DNA of 64,000 nucleotides from Phoronis australis (lineage: Eukaryota; Animalia; Phoronida): positions 58,689 to 122,688 of the forward strand of contig NMRA01000752.1 in the NCBI GenBank assembly GCA_002633005.1, in the 5' to 3' direction. Shown here in pieces: positions 51,951-62,414 of the stretch (its first letter is position 1; the number at the start of each line of letters is the position of its first letter). A program made the translations under genes and the position numbers. The notes beneath the pieces were generated by a model. It was not told the origin of the DNA and made no database searches. It saw only the letters and a list, made by a program, of their open reading frames with translations.

Positions 51951-53870
51951 TGGCCTATGTCTGTATTTGTTATTATTATTATTATTACTATCGCACAGTG
52001 TCTGGTTGATCAAGAGTGTCCTTAACACAAAGCTTCGTTAGAAATAGTTTGTTGAATTAGAACAGAAATTTGAGCAAAAGTAACATAACCGGAATGTTGT
52101 TTGTCAAAAAGTACAGCAAAGCTAGTGAGAATTGGGCCTACTGTACTCTAGAAATTTAACGATTTAATCAGTTTACGGAAACTAAAGTATAATGGCACAC
52201 TACAATCATTATTTCTTTATTCAGCACTCTCAAGTCACCACAAAATTTTGGATGATATGCTTCACCCAAGTGTCACATTGCTTTCGTATTTCATGCTTCA
52301 ATGTCATATTGGGTCAGGGGCAAGTTTTAGTCAAAAATTGGTCTAGGTGCATTGCTTATCCCAGGCCATCAGCTGTAGCTGAGTCCAAGCCAGCTACAGC
52401 TTCTTTCAGTAAAGTAAATTTTATGTAATCAGGGCCCTTCAAAAAGATCTCTGCAGTGTAGGCTTTTTACAGCATACTTCACGAATTTTTGTCCGACCTG
52501 TCGATGACAGGCCGTCGACCGGTCGTCTAGCCGACCAGCAGCCGACCAACAGTGGTAGACTAGGAGCCGTCTGCTGAGTCGCCTCTGTGGTCGGCACTTG
52601 GGTCGGCTAAGTGGTCGCTAAGCGTAGATGACCATTTTATGACTTAGCGGGTGATTTTTGGACAAACAAACATTAACTGTTCGCTGTTCGTTTACCAGTG
52701 GCAACTCCGGTCTTGACATCGGTTTATAAACTTTTGTTCAACTTTTGAATGGAAGTACATGTAAAATCGAATCAACCTACAAATACGAAGTGCGTTAAAT
52801 TACACCAGCCTAAAACCTTATGTTGAATTAATGACAGCCTGGTAAAATCAAACGTTAAGTGATATTGCGGAGGCATAATTTCTAACTTTTGATATGAGAC
52901 TTTTTATATAGTACATTATGCATTAAAACAAGCACGAAATTTGAAATTTACAGCAAAATTGCATGAAAATCAGAATACAACACTGGATATTTTACGACCT
53001 CATATGTTTTCATGCCGCGGAATGCTCAACAAGCAGCACGCATTTGCGCTCATCCGTTATTGCTCTTGATCATCACTTCATCACGCTGTATTTTGCGCTT
53101 TACCACAGATAATTATTGTTTATTTGTGTATAATTTCTTAATATGTTGGTACAGCAATAGAACCCAAGTTTATTTTAGGAACAACATAAACAATGGCTTG
53201 AACATAGCGCCGATATTAAATCATGGGCGCATGAAAACGGAAGACTGTGATCGGTTTATAGTGTCATCCATCATCATTTTGAAATTGTTGTCACTTTCGC
53301 AGTAAACAAATTTTCGAAGCTAGGACCTTCCTATGTAGCCAGTTAGCTGTGAAGACTATTTTCAAAATATAGTAAGGTGCCACTGCGTATTGAGCTCAAA
53401 CAGACCTCGAAACTTCACACAGCCCGGATAGTTACGCTTGTCACCTCCTCGAAAAGCTTGTATCAACATGAGATCAAGACCGGCGAGTCTGCATGCAAAT
53501 TCTGGAAGTCAATTGGCATTCAAGTTGCCCGTTACGGCCGTGTAAGCGAAAAACATCCGACGTCATCTTCTTGCGTAATTCTCTGCCTTTTGTAACGAAA
53601 AAACGTGTGTCGTCGTTTTGAAATTAGTTCATTCGTGACACGAGCCACTTTCAAAATGTTTTCGACATCTCCCGTGACAACATTTCAGCAAAATTTGTTC
53701 TAAAATTCGGTTCACTGATATCAAAATTCCAAAAACATGTAATGAAGTGAAACCAATTCTGACCATTTATCGTGATGTTTACGCAACCTCGAGGGAGAGC
53801 GTTTGATTGAAGAATCTGGGAAAAAGAAACTGGCTAATAGGTGACGCAATATTTCATTGCGTCCAAAGTC

Positions 53871-56004
53871 GACGCAAAAGAACACACCATAATTTTAGCA
53901 GCAGAATAATTGTCGAAAACCAATTTTTGCAACGCTGGTAAATAATTTAGATTACTCTAGGAAGATTTTATTCGGTCAGTTTTTACCCACAACGGCGCAA
54001 ATTTGTATATTCAATTTAGTAAACAGCTTCGCACCAAGGCTAGAGCCTTCCGAGCCCTTTGGCGTAAGAACAAAATACTTGGCGTTTCGCGTATACTCTA
54101 AGGGGTAAAACTTTGAAAATAATATTTTCGGGGTAACCTGGTACATGTAATCCTAAAAAGTAGTCTGTGTTTTCATGTAGAGCGTAAAAATTATTAACCT
54201 AGTGATTCAAAAAGAACACTCTCGCGAACGAAAACGCACACAATTTTCAGCTCTATTACCCTAGTTAAAAACAACTTCTATAAGTTTATTGCGTCGGATT
54301 CTAGTGATCACCAGGGTCAAAACTTTTAAGGGGGCGCAATTTCAAACCTTTGGCATGACTCTGTGATATAAAAATGGAATTAGACCGACTTTAATTCATC
54401 AGCAATGTAGACACAACAGTTAAAGACACTGACTGCGTTTGTTAACGTCTTGTGGCAATGATAAAAATAAATGTTTCTACTATGATTGATAACAAGTTTT
54501 ACTCTGATGAGGTATGATGCAATATGCATGTCTAATATGCAGATCGGCAGTTGCAAAAATATTTACTGGGTTTAATGAATCCGTTTGATATGAACCACTG
54601 CAAAAGTATGATTACTAATTGTACATTTGAAGCACGCCTCATTAGAATAAAAACATACACATGCTTGATGATCCTGGGAGTACCTCTATTACAGACATGA
54701 ATGAAGATATATAGTTGTTACGCCATAGAGGATAATAACGCTTACATAATATCCCACTGAACCATCTACATCAGGCATATACAAAGGATACAGTATTTCA
54801 AAAGAATCCACAACTACTCGTTTTTCGTAGTCATAACTACTTATTTTTCACAGTATTACTAAATCACGAACACCTAGATCTATTTAAGAAGTTACACAGT
54901 ACGCTGCTACACAACCTGCTCTCCCACATTTATGGGAGGCCTAATTTGCAAAATTCAACGACATATATTTTCCATGCAAGATTGAAACAAAGCGAAGCAT
55001 GTTAACTCTCCAGGACCAAAAATAAATATCTCAAAACCAGAAATTTTACTTAAGCAGGAATTAAAACAATCCAATACATTGTGATTGTTTTCACACAGAA
55101 GACCAAAAAAACAAATAAAGACCAAAATTCACCACGTCAAGACTGAAATCTATCACATCAGCACCTATAATTTATCAAGTGAGGACTAAAAATCCTTCAC
55201 TTCAGCATCAAAATAAAATACGACCGAACTGAATATTTAATAAGCCAGGTTCAAAAACTTACCACGTCAGTAACTTTACACGCCAGAACACCACGTCACC
55301 ATCCCCAAGCATTGATCCTTCAAAGCGATAATGTCCGTACTATACGTATAAACAAGGGCTAAATGTTCAACCTCTTATCGACGAGACCTATTATCTTGGA
55401 AATGCGGTTGAATTTATTTCGTCTAATCCACGTTTTACAATAGATGCCAATGTATAGGTACACACTTTATTGGCGTCATTGCATAATGGGTGACCACGTA
55501 GCCTCCGGGCATGAAAACAATTCACTCCTGGCGTGATAAGTTTTCTGATGCAATAAATCCTGGTTGTCTATTGTTTTTGATTCTACAGAGATTTCAATTC
55601 CGGAATAGAAAATGCGTGTACTGGATTTTTCCGCTTCAACTTTCCATTCAGCTAACTAGTGCACAGCACAGTGTTTTTACTATCCCGTGGCGGCTCCACT
55701 GCAACGAATTACTTCTGGTACAACCTTCCGTAAATGACGTTCGTATTTTGCACATTTCTTCGGGGTAACAGTTTTCCAAGAGCTATATATTCATTAGACA
55801 AGTTTCTGTGTGGCATTCGGTTTTATTTTCTTTCTCAGGTAGTCCTTGAGCTCATGCTCAGAATATTTTGAAAACGCAACTCTTTCTTTACGCAGATACC
55901 GTTTTCTGCCCGTGGGCACCGACTCGCTGAATTCATCAACCAAACATTTATTTTTGAAAATGCCCTCAAAAGGGTACTTTTAAAACACAGTGTTGACCAT
56001 AGTC
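53871..56004. mobile_element. 2.1-kb insertion in family A copy 3 with apparent 3-bp GTC duplication
   Basis: Copy 2 reads AAAGTC-ATTGTAG. Copy 3 reads AAAGTC[GACGCAAAAGAACAC...GTGTTGACCATAGTC]GTC-AGTGTAA. Confidence 0.65.
55680..55860 (-). pseudogene. C-terminal remnant of an IS630/Tc1-like DDE transposase
   Basis: Minus frame HELKDYLRKKIKPNATQKLV**IYSSWKTVTPKKCAKYERHLRKVVPEVIRCSGAATG*, matching the post-catalytic tail of Tc1-like transposases. Confidence 0.65.
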
Positions 56005-57072
56005 GTCAGTGTAAAAAAGCGAAATGAACAAATTTGTACACACTGCTCAAGGCACTGTTGTGGACATACGGAAACGCCAACGTCTCTGTCTTACAACGCT
56101 CCGTGTGCTTGGCATATCTGATGAAGCGTTCTCATGCTGGAAACTTTTTTAAGACTGAACACCGTTTCAAAAAATTATATTTTTTCTTACAGCTGAGCAC
56201 AGAATAATTATTGTGCGATTTTAGGACTGAAACGGAACCAAATCTCGAGTGGTGACTCATTAGAATGGACAAAACTCGGGGAGGGGTGGCGATACAAGCA
56301 AGATTTTTTATTTTCGCGCCAAACATGTAGTTGCCACTTCTCATTTAGCGTCACTTGCTACCTAAGGTGGCCAGATCATACGCTGTAAATATCACCAGAC
56401 GCTTTGCTTCTCAAAAGTGCACCTTGATGTATTTTCTACCATTTTTGCCATCGCAATCGCTTTACCAAAGATTCACGCACATATGCCGCGTAGAGACAAA
56501 TGCCTCTTCACCACGTATTCACATCTTCCCGTTCACAATTGTTTTATTTTACATAATTTGTCAATATGATGTTGACAGAAAATATTTATTTTTGGAACAA
56601 CGTGAACGACCAACTGATAGTGGCCTACGTGTCCATGTAACTAGCCCAGATTTTAACGTCACCGATACATGAAAACAGAATGCGCAAAGCTACAATTGAC
56701 TGAAGCCTCAACAGTGGCCATTCCGTGTTTGATGTCACCGTCTTAGTTCGTGGAAATCGTAACCATAGTATGAATTCGAAGTTAGAGCCATCTACGTCCG
56801 TGGGTTTAGGGCATTCTGGACAGTTAATTTCGCGCCTGTACTGCAAGGGTCAATACTATGAAAGTAAAATCCCCGGATGTTAGAACTCTTCGCGGTGTAA
56901 TAACTCACCCACTAATCCATCATCATGGGCGCGTAAATAGGAGACCGGTGAATAACTTAAAAAACGCAAAAATGATGCAGTTTGACGTTACACAAACAAA
57001 ATCAATTGTGGGCGAAGACTGCGAAAAATAGCCGCGTTTACAAAATGTCTACAGCGTTGTATTGACCGGGAA

Positions 57073-57770
57073 CATAACACTAAAACCTCGTGAGAGACCG
57101 TCTCGAGTTGGCAGCTCGAGCAACTCGGGGCGGTCTGGGATCAAGAGAAAAACCACAGGGTAGATCTCTGGTCGACAGATCTATTCGGTCGATTACATTT
57201 TATTGCCCGTGAAGGCTGCCTGAAGAAATATGACTCGCGCGTTTGTATTTTCGCCTTTCTCAACGACCTGTAAAAGATTCATCAACAAATTCCTCGTAAA
57301 ACTCTAAAAACAAGCGTTTTTCTCCCACGAAAACCGATGAAGTTTTGGCTGAGATATTTCACTTTCAGTCCAGGCTAGCCCTGCACACTGGAGAATCGTC
57401 ACAAAAAATTACTACGCGGTAATGCGGTTTCACTGTCAACAAAGGAAGGCGTCAAAATCGACTTATAATTGACCTATCGCCAAGATTATGACGGACGGCT
57501 TAATTGACCAATCAGAACAAAGCATTCTTGGCACACCTTCGTCTGCGTTTCCAAGCCGCCATTATACCCGACAAACCACACGTAGTCGAGTAAAACTTAC
57601 TTTAGTCTATAGATCAAGAAATTGTCCGCTAAGAATGGGGAAACGGTGTTAATATGGCGTGTGTAGCACCGACAGCCGCTATGCTGCTCCAGAATAATAT
57701 CCCGTCATTTTTTGGCATGTCCTAAGCCGAAAACTGATGTTGAAAAGCTTAAACTATGGATCAAACTGTA
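57073..57770 (+). mobile_element. 5' end of a THAP-encoding DNA transposon (possibly P-like), THAP remnant 57635-57770
   Basis: Begins CATAACAC where family A homology ends. Translation MGKRC*YGVCSTDSRYAAPE*YPVIF / CPKPKTDVEKLKLWIKL matches the THAP N-terminal C-x4-C...F-P...W pattern and is cut by the next insertion. Confidence 0.6.
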
Positions 57771-58110
57771 GGCCCTTACAAACATGAACTTAAGTTTTCA
57801 TCGAAAAACTTAAGTTTTTGGTGTGAAAAACTTAAGTTTTCATTCACGAAAACTTAAGTTTTTGACGAAAACTTAAGTATTTTGGAACAAGTTTTTTGGA
57901 ACGAACTTAAGTTTTCATAACTAAAGTTTTGAAAACTTAAGTTTTTCAAAAACTTAAGTTTTCTGAAAACTTAAGTTTTAAAAACTTAAGTTTTGGAACA
58001 AGTTTTTAGTAACAAACATAAGTCATCAAAACTTAAGTTTTTGAAAACTAAGTTTTCCGAACATAACTTTTCAAGGAACTAACTTTTGAAAACTGCAGTT
58101 TTCTAAAAGC
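57771..58110. repeat. Terminal array of palindromic AAAACTTAAGTTTT motifs (transposon subterminal repeat)
   Basis: More than ten perfect or degenerate AACTTAAGTT units follow GGCCCTTAC, starting exactly where the THAP frame is cut. Confidence 0.85.
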
Positions 58111-58977
58111 AATAAGTTTCAATAAGACAGGCATTCAAAAATTTCGACTTTCACTAAAACAAGAGTGGAGTACAGTTACAAATTTAATGATTCTGATAAA
58201 GATTTAACAAACTAGACTTCTATTAACATTTCATTAACAGTGATTATTTGCAGAAAATAAAATGCACTTCCTAAAATACACTAGATCCTTAAAATAAGTG
58301 AACATAAGTGAAATATCAAAATCTTAAAAACCATTTCAAAAATCAGTTCATCAAGAGTCATGCATACAATGCAGTGAAAACTAAATGAGGGTAATAATAT
58401 AATTGCATCGTTCTCAGTCTGTGACAATTATGCGATAACTGAGGGAGAAAAATGGAGTGTACAAAAAGAGAAATCACTATCAAATCATGAAACACAACCA
58501 AAGAAAATGTGGTTACATAGCCAGGAAGGACTACAACAAAAGTCTACATTTCAACAGCAGACTTTTTCGACTAAAATTAAAGCAATGACACCAAGAATAA
58601 CAAATCACTTAATATGCAAAATCCAAGAATATCCGCAGAGACAAAAGCATAACATAAAACGTAACAGGTAACTAAAAGTTTATCGACAATGGCCACAGAT
58701 CTGATTTTGGGAAGTACAATACTTATACTAGAAATAGTGCTTAGAATCACTTGTAATTGTTTTCAACCTTAAAAATATCAATTTAAAAGTCAAAGTTTCG
58801 TTTTCGTGACAATTATAATAACAGAAAATCCAAAACACTCCATGGTGCGAACAAGTTTCACTAAAAGTAAGTACAACCTGGTTATACGAGATGAAAATTA
58901 GAAAACTTAGACCTTTGACCACAAAAATATTCTTTTTCCTTTACTTTAAAGCTACTGAACTTCATACACATATCTAT

Positions 58978-59476
58978 AGGGCCTTTCATACTAACATCGA
59001 CGCCTCGAAGTTTTTGGGAGTTAATGTCAGTATGAACGCTTAAACTTTGGTCCTGGAAGGAAGTTAACAGCGCCAGTTAACTTCGCACTAAACAGGTGGA
59101 TTTAATTGCTTAGCGTCAACGCTACCAAGCAGTATAAACGATCAACTTCGGTCCTATCGAAGTTATTGCCAGGGGCCACTGTTATCATTAACAATTGCAT
59201 AGTAGTGTGATGACTAATAGTTGCTTATACCTTGCTATAATAATCACCAATCAATTTAAAAATAAGTTTTATGTCAATTAACACATGTAAATGTTCCCAA
59301 GTTGTCACATCTTAGCGTGCAGTGCTACCTTGCGATACCTTCGATCACGACAGCGTCACCTACTGTTTACTTTGAAGTTCATTAACTACCGAAGCCATAA
59401 TGAACGGTCCAGTTAACTTCGCACTATATGCCGATGCTCCTCTTAGACAAGAGTTAAGTCAATGTGAAAGGGTCCT
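58978..59476. mobile_element. PIF/Harbinger-like MITE
   Basis: Imperfect TIRs AGGGCCTTTCATACTAAC / GTCAATGTGAAAGGGTCCT; internal duplicated CAGTTAACTTCGCACTA. Confidence 0.55.
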
Positions 59477-61535
59477 ATGCTAGACCACAAGCCACTTGAT
59501 CTTCTTTAGCTGGATCTGCTTGCTTAGCTTCACAGGCAAATAATCCATGTTTTGTGACTACAAAGGCGCGTTTCTGAGCTCAGATAACTGAAATCATAGG
59601 TTCATGAGCTGCAGTTCGTAAGTGCATACGTTGTGTTGTCTGGGTAGCCTTCCTTATCCAGCGATTGTTGAAGGCACACTCTGCAATAAAGACAACAAAT
59701 TTTAATAACAGACGGGTAAAAGCTATCAGTATAAGACAAATAACTTGCTGGATATTTATCGTGCTGTTTATACTACACTGATTTGTAAAACTTCCTGACT
59801 TATATCCAGAGCTTACAAAATAGTCTTCAAACTCAAAATTTAACCAATCACTCTCCAGAATTCAAGTGCAAGACTAGTCTGTAAGTTTACTTCAAGCATG
59901 CACTGCAGTGGGTCAGTTTTCCACATACTGTTTTGAATGAAGTTTTAATCCTGGATTCGCGACTTTCAAAACAATTTTATTCTATATAACTTGAATACAA
60001 AACATGCACATGGTCACATATCATGCTATTACAATCTAGAACAAATCGTGCATATGATAAAACTTATCATGTTAATAAAAGTTGGATTTCAGGCTAACCA
60101 GGTATCGTGTTCTGTAACTTTTTAGTTCAAGTTCTATGACAAATTAATTAATATTTTTATCAAATGATGAAACTGTTGGCAACTGCAATAACTACAATTA
60201 ACATTATATTTATGAACTTTTCATTATTTTATTCGTTAATCTGATAAGAAAATTCACAACTCTACATAATGAGCAGAGCTAGTTGTATTCTAACTAGCTG
60301 TCTCCAGCCAGCATAGAACTTCTTACTAATGTTTCATGGACATTTAGCCGGCACAACCAGGGTTAGAACTGAAAGTTTAATCTCACATGTATACTTTCGC
60401 GTGTACTTTTTGAAACTTATAGCAAAACCAAGAAGCTGTACATTGACTCTACCAAATGGCTACAAGAATCAGTGAGCTTCTTAAAGATTATAAGCCCATT
60501 GGCTAAACCAAGGACATATTTCATATTGTTTCAAATTCAAACCCTGATAGCAGCACTATTTTTAACTCTTACTCAACAATGAAACATATGAAGCTCTACC
60601 TGCCATGTGGATGTAGACAGCCCAATTTCACCCCTGGGTGATTGTTTCGATGCAAATGTTTGGCTGTCTAGTTCTTCCAAGTACTCCGCCAAGTTAATAG
60701 AGACCTGAAAACAATGAGATATTAGCAAACATAACAATAGCTTATAGCTTCTTAAGAATCCAGACATAACCCATTTACAGGGAATTCTATCCGTTTTAGG
60801 GGGCCGGGGCCATGGCCCCTTAGCTGTCCTCTAAATCCACCATTGGAGATACTGGCATGGTCTTCAGGAGAGGTCTTACGTAACCATAATAGTTTACAGT
60901 AAAAATAAAATTATCTCATGTACTACAGTGAACATAAAAATAGTATATCCTGTACTCCTACCAATCACTTTACTGGCTGATATTTGCAAAGATATTAAAT
61001 TGAGGTTCCAATCAAATTTGTAGACGGAAATGAATAATAAATGCCCCTACTGACTGTCTAGTCAGTCCATATTCAACTCAACTCCTAGGTAAAGTTGTAC
61101 CCAGATTAACTATCACTTTCACCATGACACTGAAATATTTGCTTTCAATAAAACCATTCAAACTCGCATTGAGTGTGAAAATTTTAAGTGCGACATTCTA
61201 GTATTCCACAACCTGGTAAAAATTCGAAAGCACATACTCAATCCCAAAGTCAAATCACACAGATTTTCCTTATTTGCATTGAATTATTTGGTGCAATTAG
61301 ATAGGAATTATGCAAGTTTCACTGTGCGTAACAATAGTTAACATCTTGACTGGTGAGAGTTCACTTGGGTACATTGTGACCTATGCCGGGGGTATTCCAG
61401 ATAGGGTACTAGTAGTGGGATCGGAATGTCCTTTCGCATTCAATAACCTAGATCCTCCCGACAAATCTGAGCCAATCAGTCAAAATAGGCAATAGAATAG
61501 TTACATTGGTGATTCCTAATTTTGAGAACCAGGCA

Positions 61536-61771
61536 CATGCACTCACCCAGGGGAAGCTCGAACGAGCACCCCCCACTTGCCGAAGTAGGCATGAAAGGGT
61601 CAGCCTCATAGAAACAAAAAAAATGAGAAAACGAGACACATGTCCACTAAAAAGCTGTAATTCAGGAATGCACTGTGCACAGCTCTGAACATACCCCGTT
61701 TTTTTAGTAAAAGGTCACCATGACCAAAATTTTGAGCACCCCCCATATATTTTAGGATGGGTGCGTGGATG
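61536..61771. mobile_element. hAT-like MITE related to 38882-39141
   Basis: CATGCACTCACCCAGGGG...TGGGTGCGTGGATG ends; GAGCACCCCCC motifs. Confidence 0.5.
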
Positions 61772-61787
61772 AGGTAAGTGAATCTTG

Positions 61788-62022
61788 TGTTGTAATCGGC
61801 AACATCATTGGCCCTTTGTTTTTCCTGTGGCGTCTTGTGATTGGTCTGTTTTTGTGTCTCCTATATAAGTCGTTGGCGCCACTGTCGGACGGGTATTTTT
61901 CAAGAACCGGCAATACGAGTCATCAATGGTTGCTCCACTTGGCGTCAACTGACTGACTGGCTTATATCTTCGTAAAAGTAAGTATTCTTGTGCCTAATCA
62001 GTGAACCTGTAGGAATACAACA
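61788..62022 (+). mobile_element. 5' LTR (235 bp) of a Ty3/Gypsy-like retrotransposon
   Basis: Inverted termini TGTTGTA...TACAACA; TATA box CTATATAAG at 61861-61869; followed by the PBS and gag. Confidence 0.8.
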
Positions 62023-62024
62023 TT

Positions 62025-62038
62025 TGGCGTAGTTGGCA
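62025..62038 (+). promoter_or_regulatory. Primer-binding site, tRNA-Ser type
   Basis: TGGCGTAGTTGGCA two bases after the LTR, complementary (one G-U pair) to the 3' end ...TGCCGACTACGCCA of eukaryotic tRNA-Ser. Confidence 0.75.
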
Positions 62039-62414
62039 CTAGTTAGGGGTACCATAAGAGTATTTAACCGACTAGTTCAGACGGCTTTTACCTGTCCAGG
62101 GCTTTTTCTTTCGTCCGGGGGGAAAGTTGGAAGATTTAGTCGGTGCCGTGCTAACAGGTGGTTAGTACGGTGGCCAAGGGGTTCTTGGTCTTTAGGTAGA
62201 GTTGGTTGTAGGTTGCTTGGGCCTTATTTTTTGGGTTTTTGAGGTTTGTTTTTGGGTTTTTGGGTATTGTTGGGTTTGTTTGCCGGTTCGACTGGGTGTG
62301 GTCCCCTTTTTACTTAAGTCACGTGGTTGGCAGTGTTTTGGTTATAAACACCGATTCATTCCCTTACCTTTAGCCCTTTTGTAACGGATATATATTGGCC
62401 GTTAATAGTCAACC

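Larger units (their letters stand above)
52470..57072 (+). mobile_element. Family A TIR element (copy 3), with internal insertion, right end absent
   Basis: TA|CAGCATACTTCACGAATTTTTGTCCGACC start. Colinear with copy 2 over 52470-53870 and 56005-57072. Homology stops at GACCGGGAA. Confidence 0.85.
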
